Shown: positions 1-29,211 of the stretch, piece after piece
How positions within the stretch are numbered: the stretch's first letter is position 1
Layout of the letters: every line of letters begins with the position of its first letter
From: a bacterium
GTDB taxonomy: Bacteria > UBA8248
Length of the DNA: 64,000 nucleotides
Assembly (NCBI GenBank): GCA_965213685.1
Contig: CBDBZY010000007.1
Span: 192,001 to 256,000, forward strand
Direction: 5' to 3'
Made by a program: the position numbers and the translations under genes
The notes under the pieces: model-generated
What the model saw: the letters and a program-made list of their open reading frames with translations, nothing else
The model's database searches: none
Told to the model about the DNA's origin: nothing

Positions 1-3210
<3,210 letters not shown>

Positions 3211-3501
3211 TTTTGTCCAATAGCATGCTCTGCCATGCATCATGTGATCACAGAACCCACCCACTTGTAAAAATAGTGATATACAGTTATTCTGTAATTA
3301 CCCAAAGATATAGGGGTATACCCATCATGCTGTGAAAGGCAAAATTAATGTGGAAGTTAATTTTTAATCATTACACAGTAGAGGTATACTGTGTGGTGTT
3401 GGTGGTGTACAGTGTTTTGCACTATAATGAAAGTAGAACAGAAAGTTCAACTAAAGACATTTCTTTTGAATTGATACAATACTATTAATTGAATTAATGA
3501 A

Positions 3502-6500
3502 CTAGTCATCATCGTCATCCTCGTCCATAAGATGCAATAGGGTCATCTCTCCCTTCCCCCCCTCCCCACTCCCCTCTTCACCCATGGAGCTCTCGGCCAG
3601 CTGCTGGGAGAGGATCATCTGCTCCAGGTCGGGGTTGTGCTGCTGGTGAAGGGAGGAGGTGAAGGTGAGCTCCTCACACTCACACTTCCCCCCTCCCACC
3701 TTCACCAGCACACAACTGTGGGTGAGGTCAAAGCTAGGGACAGATACGACCAGTACTGACTGGCCCTCAGCGCCTAGAAGGGGTGGAGGGAGGGAGGGAG
3801 AAAGAGGCAGAAGGAGAGGGAGAGAGACGAAGAGAGAAGGAGGGAGAGTGTTAATTAGCTCCAGCTCAAAATTCAAGTACCTTACACTCACCCTGGACTC
3901 TGCAGTGGTGGAAGGCTGGCTGGTTGCCACAGAAATAGACGTGTGGACACTCATCCAGAATGTGTGGGTCTTCACTAGTGAATGGGTAGCAACCTGCCAG
4001 AGAGGTGGACGGTATAACCTCAGCAGTATAGCCCAACACAGCCGTATCACAGCCGTATCATCATGGATATTGACACATACAAACAGCACACGATAAAGCA
4101 GCATTACTATGGATATTCACACATACAAACATCCACATTAACGTGCAGAAGCACATAACAATATATCTCCTAAATCAATAGACAAAATCTATTCCATCAG
4201 TTACTTTCAGAGGAGTACAATTGTGCTATATAATTATTGCCTCTCATTAAGATCAGAGCAGTCTACTGTGTGCAGTGTGTAGCTCTGATGCCCTAGCCAC
4301 TCGGTCATTCTGGGCCCATGCTGCATGACTGTGCTCTGTGCTGCAGTCTCACTGAGGGTGTCCGGTGCTGTGGGGGTCATGTGTCTCCAGTGGAGGGTGC
4401 TCTCCAGTATTCGGAGTCTGTCGTTCATCGTGGAGAATCTATAAATATTGTCCACATTTTGACCCGAGGTCCCCACGAACCTGCAGCATTGAAATATAGT
4501 AAGGATGTTATATACTACTTCTTGCATGCTACTGGGGGTAGTCTTATGTGCTAAGTGCATGCTGGCAAGACTCAAATATTAAACTGTGGAATGTCAACTG
4601 AATGTAGCTAATTATTGTTCTATAAACACTTTACTGTCTACAGAATTAAAAAAGCCCCCCCCCCCCCCCCCCCAATTTCCCAGCAAAACACTACACACAG
4701 CCCCTCCCTCCTCTGCTTCATCCTCTGCCTCTCCTGCCCACACGTCTCCCCAGCTCCCTCACTCACAGCAGTCCACCGATGGAGGCCTGGTAGGGATTGG
4801 TCACCAGGGTCAGAGCTCCCGTTCTCCGAGCCTCCGGGAACATGCATGGATGCATTGGCTGCTGGGGTAGCTGGTAGTTGGCCGGGTCATGTGCTCCTGG
4901 CATGACGTCCACATGCACACACAACTGAAAGAGAATACTGCCAATGTAATTATGCAGATACTACACACATTGTGCAAAATCGAAACCATATACTGAGAAA
5001 TAGAAATGTACTGAGTTATTTAACTGAGTGACACAGTGAGTGCTATACTGAGTGATACATGTATATTGACTATATATGTGATATGTGCATTATGGGTTTT
5101 TTGGTAAGCAGATATTGTGAATGCTGATTAGAGGGCTTTGTGTGGACAGAGCTCAGCTCTACACTCACTGCTAGCTGTGCCAGCACATCGTCCAGCTCCT
5201 TCACTGCCTCGATGGTGTCAGCCGAGTAGTTTCGTGAGAGGAACTTGGTCTGCAGGGGGCCAGAGTCACGTGTGTCAATACTGCAAGTCATGGCAGCACC
5301 CATGCAGCACACAGCACTGGGAGGTGGGACACGGCAGTGTGTGGCTGTGATCCTGTCCCAGTACCTTCTCATCTTTGGGTTTGGAGGCCTTTGCTGGCTT
5401 GTCAGTGATGGAGTTCCCTGCAATGATAACTTGCACTATGTTGGAGCAGAGCCTCTGGTCCTGTGGGGGGAGGTGGTGCATGCTATTGCTGGAGGTCACG
5501 TGGTGTGCATAGCCTCGTACCCAGGCTCTTTGGGGGCGGAGGAACCAAAGAGCCTGGGTATGAGGCTAGTGGTGTGCAGTGCCCACTCACAGCTGGCCCA
5601 CCCAGCTGGCCTGTGACGTAGTCCACCAGCAGCTCTACGCTGAGCTGGTCACACCACGAGGACCCGAGATTCAGCCCTGACACCAGCAACACGTACCTGC
5701 ACACAGGAATGAGGACAACTATAGAGGCCTATGTGGCTAGATACATGATGAAAAGGCTTAGGAATACTTTTAGAGAACCGTGAAAAACCAGCAGCCACCC
5801 GGGATTGAACCGAGGGCCTCTGACTTAAGCTGTAACATCTGAGCTATGGCGATGTACATACTCCTTACTAGAAATACTACTTATCTCTAGGGAGTTTTTG
5901 TTCCACCATTTCGACATCTATGCAAGCATCATCACCAGGGAATTAAGCTTATTCTCATAGGTGCTAAAGATGCCTAGAATATAGATGCAGTTAGAAAACA
6001 AGGACTTAAATTGGTATGCACAACCTATAAGCCAACAGGCAAGCATATTGTAATGAGCTGGTGTGCTGACTTCTCTTCCTCCTCTGTGTCCATGGTGTCG
6101 GGGTCAGTCTGCTCAGGAAGCTCAGCAAATGTGTAGTCCTCAACCTCGAATGTTCCGTTCTTCAGCTCCTTCCCCAAGAGAGCCACGATGATACCTGCAG
6201 AGGCACAGAGCACACACTGACCTCCCACACCTGGTGTACACACAGTAACGGTATGGGGTCACCTGTACATGATGTGACGTGTGTATGATGTGTGATACCC
6301 ACACTGCCGGTCACCCCAGCACAGCTGATGAGGCCTGGTATTGCCGAAACGCATCCAGCACATTGGGTGACTGTTTGGCCTGAGGACCGTTCGTGGCCTA
6401 GGGAGTTGTGGTTCTCGATTTATTCACGATGAATGGTCATAATAATAGGGTGTGGGAGGCTGGGACAATGCTACATGCTGGTTAGAATTTAAACACATCT

Positions 6501-7388
6501 GTCTTGCTATTACATAACTGCAAAGGTCATATTTTCTCCTTGTGACCATGGGAACAACCCTGGGAGTAATGGGCTAGCTATTGTGATCTCATGCTTGGTG
6601 ACATTGGTACTGTGAAGCTTGATGTCTTGCCTCACCAGTCACAAGTTCTTGTGAGGGTATGGCTCCGCAGAGGGTGATTCTCTGACTGGAGTCCTCCACT
6701 ACTAGCTCATCGCTACTGCTCACACACTTCACTCTGGGAGGCTGGGGAAGGAGGTGGTGCTGGGAGGGGGGGAGGGGGGGGGGGGGAGGCAGAGAGATGA
6801 GGAGGGAGGGTGGTCAGGAGAGGGAAGAGGAGAGGGAGGGTTGCCTTACTGTGCTGCTGATCTCCTTGAGGATGGAGGGCTTGAGCTCCATCTTCTTGAA
6901 AAGTGTTCCAATAATGTAGCACCTTTGCCCCTCCTCCAACTCCATCAGCTTCTTCTTCACAATGACATCACTTCCTGCAAGTGAACGCAGGAAGACACAC
7001 TAAGACACACTAAAATACCACGCTTGTTTTTTTGCAGAAAATTATAGGCCACAACGTTGCAAATCTCTTAGCTTATTAGCGAATTTAATTACCTCCTGAG
7101 CTAATTAAATTACCTCACAAGTTATCAGGCTAAAGATTGCATCTCTCGACTGCCTCCCCTTCCAGACTGTTTCTTACCCCATTTCTTGGTTGCAGCTGCC
7201 TCCAAGTGACGTCTCATCTGCTCCAGTCGCCAGAAGTAAATGTGAGCGTACTGCGTGGCGTAGTGCCGCTCCTTCACCTGAAACTTGGAGCAACGGTTCT
7301 CGTAGCTGCAGCTGCTCCTGGTGTGCGTCTTTTCGAACTCTTCGTCCTTTGCTGTTGGAAGGGAGAGGTACTCTTCCACTTCAACCAT
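3502..7388 (-). CDS. POLD2: DNA polymerase delta subunit 2 (p50)
   Basis: ATG at 7388. Exon 1 MVEVEEY...[31 protein letters not shown]. Later exons [79 protein letters not shown]. Stop at 3502. Confidence 0.96.
5510..5568. mobile_element. 59-bp palindromic MITE with 10-bp target-site duplication
   Basis: Arms TAGCCTCGTACCCAGGCTCTTTGG (5510-5533) and CCAAAGAGCCTGGGTATGAGGCTA (5545-5568), one mismatch. Flanked by direct repeat GTGGTGTGCA at 5500-5509 and 5569-5578. Confidence 0.8.
5742..5852 (-). mobile_element. Degenerate tRNA-derived SINE in a POLD2 intron
   Basis: Minus strand has A-box-like TAGCTCAGATG and B-box GGTTCAATCC followed by a non-tRNA tail; no complete cloverleaf. Confidence 0.55.
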
Positions 7389-7456
7389 CGCGCCATTCAC
7401 CCGCCAATACAAGTAGCCACACCCCCATGTGGGCGTGGCAGTTGAAGCTCGAGGAG

Positions 7457-10135
<2,679 letters not shown>

Positions 10136-10511
10136 CTTCACACACACACAGCATCTTGTCCCTACCTACTGTAGTCATTTTTGAAATACTGAACAATAAT
10201 TACGTATATTATACGTATGATTGTGGTATTATTAAAATCACAATTGTTTTGTGAGTTTTGTTTACATTGATAGTGTGAGTGTATGTGTGTAAAAATGTGT
10301 CACAATAATTATAAATACATGGTATATAGCAGTACATGTAAGTTACACAAATTTAATGTTTTCAAAGAGCTTATATATAATGATGTAAGTGCTCACTCTG
10401 TTGCATAAACCAAGGTTCAAGTAAACAGGGCAAAGGAAATGATACTGAAAGTGCACGTGTTGGGACTAGTACTACTGCTGTGCTCTGTAAGATAAGTGGG
10501 TAGTTAAGAGG

Positions 10512-18329
<7,818 letters not shown>

Positions 18330-18496
18330 CGCTGCTCACTCTTTCCACTGTGATACTCGGCACGGAATGTACTTGCTCTTGTACTTACGTTAATTTCGCG
18401 CAGAACAGTTCGCGATCTGCGCATGATACAAATTTAAAATCAACAAATACGGGGGTGACGCAGAACAAAACTGTTACATGAGTTGGATACAGATTC

Positions 18497-19297
18497 CTAC
18501 TGACTGACTGGTCCTATCTCCTCTTCACTCAGTTGGAAGTCATGCACAACTTTGAGGAGGACCACACAGTATATTGCAGTAACAATTCCAAGAATGGTGA
18601 CAGAGAGAACTTTTGCTGCCACAGACCACATAATCCAGCGCTGCGCTCTCTTGGCAAGCTTCACTGAGCCCTCGTAGTCTCCCATGTCATAGCGGTCCTC
18701 AGCCTGTGGAATTCAAACACTTGAAGTCAGGACTGAGCCTATGCTTTACACGCCAACTTGCCCCCCCCCCCCCCAGGCATAGATACTATATTCAGTACCC
18801 ACCCCAAATAAGTATCTATGCCCTAGGCCCCCACCCAGCCCCTTGCATTTTGCAGACCAAGCCCCCCCTTAAGCACCCCCAGACCAATTTGTTAACCCCT
18901 CCTAGTCTTCAGACCAGTCTTGAGGGCAACTGAGTTCAGCAAGGGGCTACAGGGTTAGGCCATAGATATTTAATATCTATGGTTAGGCACGGCCTGGGAC
19001 CGTAGCGCCGCCATTCTCCTCTGTTAAGACTCTCTGCTCACCTGGTAGGCCGTGATAAGTGCTATGATGGCGCAGGGCATGCAGCACAGGATCATCGCCC
19101 CTAGCGCTGGCCACCAGTGGGTCTCTGGACGGCGGGGGAGGGGGTCTAGCTCCGCCATCGCCTGCGTGAACGCCAGGACGGCATGGCATGGACATTGTAC
19201 CAGCATCGAGGTTGCGGTACATATACCAGCTCAGTAGTGATTATCTCACCTTTAGCTTCTCTTCTCCTGGCGGCACGAGCGCTATGTGCTCCTCCAT
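18497..19297 (-). CDS. CD225/dispanin (IFITM/PRRT-like) gene A
   Basis: Exons 19297-19250, 19161-19042, 18703-18497, all phase 0. MEEHIALVPPGEEKLK-AMAELDPLPRRPETHWWPALGAMILCCMPCAIIALITAYQ-AEDRYDMGDYEGSVKLAKRAQRWIMWSVAAK plus a TM helix. Has the CC pair and GDxEG..A motif. Confidence 0.88.
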
Positions 19298-19560
19298 CTT
19301 CCCAATAATGACGTTATCGGTGTTTCAGCGGGGGTCTAAATATTTTTTGTACTAGTTCCCGCGAACGGCAGACCATGCCATAGTATTCTTAAAACGATTG
19401 CCTACACAGAAGAAAAACTTTGCCTCTGAACACAAAATTACAAATTAATGCAGCTTGCCTGTATGAGCATGCATGACCCTATTTACAATGTCATAATGAG
19501 GGAAAAGTACACTGTTATATCATGTAAGCAAAAACTGTTCATGAAAATTTACGATGGCAA

Positions 19561-21210
<1,650 letters not shown>

Positions 21211-21555
21211 TCTCGTAGCGAGAGGTGTCTGTAGTGAAAGAAAATACCGTATCTGTTGTGCTTTTACAGTCGACGATAAAGCGCTCACTTAGTAGTCAAT
21301 AGTCTGCTAGTCTCTGCCAGCCGCACACTGTTCCCCTCTAGCTCTGGTTCCTAGACCTTCCGCGATCTGCGCATGCGCTACCCCTCCCTCCGCGCATTAT
21401 ATACCTTCCGAAATCCTTCGGCAAGTGGAATAAAACATTGGCACAACGGCAGTGACAACCTATTAAGCAAGGATTTTGTAATAAAATAGCTTGTTCTACA
21501 TTCAACCGCATGAGTTTTTTTCTCTGCAGGCGCTAGGTCCGCGTAGGCCAGGAGT

Positions 21556-21595
21556 CTCGCGCGCCAGCCCCTCACGTGAGGGGCTGGCGCGCGAG
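21556..21595. repeat. Perfect 40-bp palindrome, probably MITE-derived
   Basis: CTCGCGCGCCAGCCCCTCAC|GTGAGGGGCTGGCGCGCGAG, no spacer, centred on CACGTG. Confidence 0.9.
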
Positions 21596-21942
21596 CTAGC
21601 TAGACTGTACTAACTAGCTAGAAGAATGCATGCTCACGCGACAATCCGGCCACAGTTATTTCAGTAAACCGCACGGGATTTTCTCCACGGAGCCGGCAGG
21701 GCCAGGAAGCCATCTGCCAAGACTTGGGGACACAAAACTTAGCAGTTGTTGTTTACAAGCTATGGAAAAGCAGACAGCAGTGAAAAAGTGGGCAAATATG
21801 CACAGCCAAGAATAGTGAATTATCAGAACATTATCATGTACAAAATTAATATAATTCAGTTAAAAATACTACTACTCCACACAATGTTATACAACAGCAA
21901 TATAACACACCAAAAGCCAACAGGAAACAGCCTACTAATCAG

Positions 21943-23268
<1,326 letters not shown>

Positions 23269-23765
23269 GTGTTCGCTATTGACCCATTCTATTGAGGCTA
23301 CAAGCTGTCTACAATGATCTATACATTATTAATAACTCATGAAAGCTCTGAGACGCGCTAGGATCAGTCTCTCCCTTTCCGATTAGCGGTAAACACAAAG
23401 CTCACCTCCAGTGTCCATTTTTTTTTGACAACTTTACTTATGACATCATTGTAACGTCATTGTTAATCGCGTGAGCGTACCTCTGCGCGCGCTGGGATCT
23501 ACCGGGAAAACGACTGGGAAGCATCTTGTCTTTGTACTGCAGTACTCTTTGTGCGTGCACTGAGCGAGAAGTATCGTTTGAGTATCTTAAGCCCAGAATA
23601 CCACGGTTGAGTGAGAGTGTTTTGGCGAAAGACCCACTCTTCGCGTTATATAGTTCATGGAGTAATCTACGACCTCTACTGAGACGTAATCTACACAGCT
23701 CTTCTTGAACCTAAAAGACTTGGATATCTCTATGCAAAGAGCTTTGTGGAGCGAAACCAGAAATC

Positions 23766-23775
23766 CGCGCATGCG
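23766..23775. promoter_or_regulatory. NRF1-type palindrome GCGCATGCGC in a CpG-rich region upstream of dispanin C
   Basis: Exact consensus. The same motif lies at 21369-21378 upstream of dispanin B, and a partial copy at about 18417-18425 upstream of TTYH. Confidence 0.5.
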
Positions 23776-26700
23776 CAGTAATTTTCATTGCGATACAAAA
23801 GGCGTGAACGGTTCACTATGTGCGCAGACAGACTGTGCGAGGCGCGGACTACTCTGGGCCTCGGGAGTCAATCACGCAGTCTGTGCTAATTCTCTCAACG
23901 GCCAGTCGCTCTGAAGTCTGGTCTCTCCATGCGCACGGCAGTACTACGACCTTCGCGTACGGAGTGCAGAAAACGCCGCGGACTATATAGTACTTCACAA
24001 GTGACTGCTGGCCTATGGCTAGTTGACCTGACTCGGAAACGTGCATGATGTACCTCTCCTACCCACGTCTGCCCTGCCCGCCATCAGCGTCAACAACGCA
24101 GCACATCTGAATGCAGGAATGAAGTACGCAGCGGCAACCAGACAGACACCGGCCGTGTCCAGCTACTCCTCTGCCATGGCGAACTTGAAGTAGAACGGAA
24201 CTATTGGAAGGTATGTACGCAGCTGCGCTGCATGCAGTGAATGTCCTGTTACAGAATCTATATGTCCATCCACCGACAACTATGGACGTGTGCTGATTGA
24301 CAATGTTCTCTTTCTCTTCGCAGTCCCCCACAAGCTTGAAGCTGTTCCACCATACTTAGACGTACCACTCTAATATCTATGGTTCCACATAGGTTGCTAC
24401 ACCGCAGCGGTGAACAACGGAACTCTGTGACTATGGCGTGAACTGAAACTTCCGTGTTTATATTCTTGTGAGTACTTTAAACTATATCATAAGAGGACAG
24501 GGTTCATTATTCTCTTTCTCTTCACAGCAGTTTCCACAAGCTTGAAGTTGTTCCACAGATGTTACTGCAATGAAGTGGTAAACAATGCGACTGACTAACA
24601 TGGACAGAGTTTTTGTTTTTTTGCTTTCTTTGTTTTGCTTGTGAGTGAAAGGGAAGGGGAGTGGGGGAGAAGGGCTGCACTGTTTTGTGTCATGTGATAG
24701 GACTGGGAGCATTTAAATTCAGTCACTAAAGTGCAGAGCACCAGCACAGCTTGCCAACAGAGACAAACTCAAGTATTCATGCATGTTGTTTACAGTGGTG
24801 TGCAAGGAGGGTATTGTGCTTTCTTGTGGATATTAATTAGGTACATTCCACACTGGCCACTGCCCATTGTTTGGTTTCTAGTTTCAGTCTCCCACTGCTC
24901 CACCTCATACACCACATACACTGACACTTAATTGTCTCCCTGACCACCCACCATGTATGAATGAGGAGGGGGTGAGGGTTGGGAATGGGGAGCCTGGTCA
25001 CAGTAGGTGTGGGGACATTGCAGCCTCTTTGCCTGTGCCATTTTCACTAGAGGCCTGCCCTGTGCTAGCAGAACTGGTGAACACTGGGAGAAGCTCTTTG
25101 GTGTGAAGTAAATCATTTGCTGTTGGACTGGAAATATTTGCAGTTGACAATATTTTTCATGCTTTGCGAATTTTCTCGAAATAAAATTTACCTCAACCAC
25201 GCTTTTCAACACACGTGACATTTACGCTGTTCAACTGCAGACATGTCCAGTCCAATGGTATAGGAAGCACTGATGACAGATGCATGTGAGAGGTGACTTC
25301 ACACTTGGAACCCCTCAACTTGCCAGCCTGTTGCGAGGCTTGCCCATACAACGGCCCATCCAGAGCTGGCCTGGATGGACCAGGTGAGGGCAAGCCCTGG
25401 AGCAGGGTTGAGTGGACACAAGTCTAAAGCACCCCACACTGCCTCTGTCAGAGGTGCTGTAGGACTAGGCCTCATCACTTCTCCCACTGTTCTATGCTGG
25501 TCCAGGGCAGGTTGCTAGAGTTGGTGGGTCAGACAAGAGGCTCTGATGTTCCCACATGCACCTACAGCTCAGTACATGACCTAAATACTAGTGTGTACAT
25601 TGTGGCATGTTGTGAGGGAAGGGGAGGAGTTGACCTTGCTTGGGAAGGTCATGGTGGGTTGTTGAGGTGACACTCTGTGTTGTGTGTGGTGTGTGGGGGG
25701 AGCCAGAGGAGGTGAGGTGAGCATTAGGTGCCTGGCATTGGCTCAGTGTGGGGTGGACTGCTATAGGTGACTACATGGAGAGCATGGGGCAAGGTCGTGC
25801 CCCAGAGCATCGTGCTGGTGGGTGGGTTTGGGAGAGGAAGCTTCATGTCTTGATTTTCTATATACGTGGCACAAAGCACAGCAGTCCTTCTGCATGAGAA
25901 TGAGCTTGGGAGGAGAGACACTACCTTTTTTCTTTTGAAGTTTCATTTTTGCATTTAATTTTGTATGACGATGACAGACAGTGACACAACACATCCAATG
26001 CTCAGCACTGGAAGTTGATCAGGTATTAAATGTGTTCATGGAATTTTAGCTGATTATTTGTTAATTATTAAATGTTCCCATCATTTCCTCCATTGTGATT
26101 CTCTTCCAAACAGCAATCAGTGCACATCACATGGGCCCTAACCCCTCTATCTTGGGCTGTTGTGGTGACCCTGTCCCATCCTGTGCTCTACAACTGATGG
26201 GACTGCTAGTAAGTCACTTTGTAGAGAGTTTGTCTGTGTCTGTGTCTTGGTGGATAGAAATTAGTTGGTACCCTTAATTGGTTCATTAAATTTGAAGGGT
26301 CCACTGTATACTTTTCCCAAAATCGTTCTTGTACAGCTAACTGTGCTGGTGTATATTTCAATGCTGGAAAGAGAGAATCTTGCAAGCAAGACTCCCTAAC
26401 TCACCTCATCCTCCTCCCTTTCCTTTCCTCCTTCTCCATCTCTCTTGTTTCTCTGCTACTACAGATTCCATGGGCTGTGCTCCACTACAGCATGGAAGCC
26501 AGCAGCTGCAGTGGTGAGGCAGTCGTTCCAGGAGCCCGTAAGCCCTCAGTTGGCCAAGGGACAGAGTCCAGGCGACTGTCTCCCCTGCAGCTGCTCCACT
26601 GCCACCGTTCTTCCCAACAACTGACACCACATGGTGCCAGATGTCACCTGAACCATACCAGAGCTACCTGCCGTCCCACTGAGGGAAGAGGTGGAATTGC

Positions 26701-27754
26701 AGCTAGTGTGGGACCGTGAAGAAGGTGCGTATATAATCACAATGGGTAGCGTATGGGTAGTGTATAAGTTTTGCTTCATGGTGGAAGTGTGCAATGCATT
26801 GTCATGCAGCCTACAAGGCTACACACTCTATTGACAGTATGAGTAATCATCTGGCTGTATCTTTCTCTCCCTACAGATCTGATCAATCTGTATTAGCACC
26901 ATCATACACATCATCATTTTGGACTTGAACCTACATTGGGTGGTGGAGAACCAGAGGAAGCCAAGAGTATTGTCAATGAACAATAATCGCCGTCTTGCAG
27001 CTCACGAGCTAAATCATCCTCCACCCAAAGCCACTGATGCATCAGTACACTGGACATATAGCAAGCACCAGATACATGATGCTACACTGCTATTCACTGA
27101 CCATCCAGCCCAGTTCAGATTTCAACTTTAATAGCACATGATCAAAGTGAAATTGTGTAACTGAATTGAACTAAGAAAGTTAAGGGGGCCCCCATTCTGA
27201 TACATCTGCTGCAAACAAATACAAACTAAGCAAACTGCAGTGGAAAGACTCAAACAATACCTCCATTTTGCCTAAAGCAAGGAACTTCATTCTTCAAAGA
27301 ACAATAATTGGATTAATCGCTGTCTTGCAGCTCATGAGCTAAATCATCCTCCACTCAAAGCCACTGATGCATACATTATTTGTATTAATGATGGTGTATT
27401 ATTTGTTAATTATTAAATTAATAATTATGAAGCTCACCTACATATGCCACCAGTTTTTCTGACTGGAGAATGGTGGGAGGGGTAGGTGCACATGTGGGGT
27501 GCATGTGTAATTCATTGGTGATGAGTTACGGTATGCAGCAGGTCTGGACTGTGAAACGTTTAGCTGTGGGAATGGCAGCCCCACCCACACATTCCTAGCC
27601 TGTGATCTGACCCATGATGTCAATCTTTGTCACACCACTTTACACTCTGGACTGGTCAATCATTCATTTCATATGCAATAAACCACAGACCATCTATTTA
27701 AGTAAGTAAAAGTGGGCTTAGCCCACATAACAAGAATACACACATGTACATAAT

Positions 27755-28735
27755 TTATGTGTCTGTGGTGGTACTGTTCTTAGCAGCAATAGCGGCAAAT
27801 ACAGCAGTGGGGATGATCCAGCCAAGCTGCAGGAGGAACACAATCACAAGGATTATGACCCCCACGAGAATGGACAGCTTGTTGAAGGTCCGGGCAGAGC
27901 GAGTGGCAACACTTGCCTCCTGGTACCGACCCGCCTGGTAGGCTGAGCGGGCCTGCAGGGGAAGGAGACATCGGGTGTTGAGTGAATGGAGAGCAAAAGA
28001 CACAGTATAATATACATGTGTTCAACATGGACACAGGCAATTGTCACTGAACAAGGAAATGAAGGTCATGTGGAACTGCCATGAGTGAAGTTACCCCTCA
28101 TCTCACTCCTTTACCAAACCTTCCATCCCTCTACATAAGCATTGTTATTCTATTGCCATAGCCAGTCGGTTATGGTGGCAATTTATACATGCAGTTTGTC
28201 GTGACACATGTTGAGCTCTGGAAAGAAGAGTTGACCTTCGCAACATCATGACTTCAGATCACCTAGAGGAACCAACTTGCACACTCAACAGCTGGACGTG
28301 TCCCAATGCTATCTCAAAGTCTGCAAAAAATGGATGTCTACAATCAGTAGCAAAGTCTGTGCGGTAGTACTGTGCAGTGCAATGGCTGGTGAGTGAATGC
28401 ATCGTGGCACATGATGGTGTTATGGAGCTCCTAAGGCTCACTCAGCTCTCACCTCCATACTCTTGATAATGGCGAACACTCCCAGGGGCCAAAAGCAGCA
28501 GAAGGTGGTGAAGAGAGACATCAGCAGCTGGTCGTCAGGCGGAGCTGGTTCAAACTGAGTTGGCTGGTACACAACTGTAGGAGGGGCTGCCGTGTAGTGA
28601 GCCGTACCGCCATCCAGCAGAGGGGCTGCGTGAAGTGCGTAAGGATGCTGCTGGTTGCGTACACTCTTGTATACAGTTTAAAACGTCCTCTCAATCTAAC
28701 TCTCACATCTTACCCTTCTCTTTCTTGGTGCTCAT
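27755..28735 (-). CDS. CD225/dispanin gene D
   Basis: Exons 28735-28714, 28625-28453, 27952-27755. MSTKKEK-APLLDGG...PAPPDDQLLMSLFTTFCCFWPLGVFAIIKSME-ARSAYQAGRYQEASVATRSARTFNKLSILVG plus TM. Confidence 0.92.
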
Positions 28736-29211
28736 GTTTGGTGAAAAAAAAAAACACAAAGGGGACTAAACACTAAACTTAGTCCCGTGATAGTTGCGTC
28801 AGCCGGCCATATCATGCGCCCGGCGCCCACTCCCACGCATCGCGAAGTCATGGGGTGTGTTTAACACTCTTGCAGTTGCGTCCATAATAATGCATGACAT
28901 TGTATAAATAATGAAATCGGCCAAAATAATTTAACTCCAGCTATAATGAACAGACGGGCTATATAACTTTGGTAGAGATGGCTACTATGCTAACTGGCTA
29001 CTAGCTAGCGTAATAATTATACGCTAAGGTTCCATGAGAGAAACAATCATTGCTAGCTTTGCATACATATGCACATTATATACATGTAATATATACACTT
29101 GTTATTGTCCAATTACTACTACTGACACACACATAAACATAAGATCAGCTTGAGTCATACAGCAAGGATAAAATGACTGAATACAAAACATGCCACATTG
29201 GTGGCAGTAGT

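Noticed and set aside
24059-24331. Cys-rich 90-aa minus-strand ORF
   Set aside because: No ATG start, no recognisable motif and no supporting splice structure.
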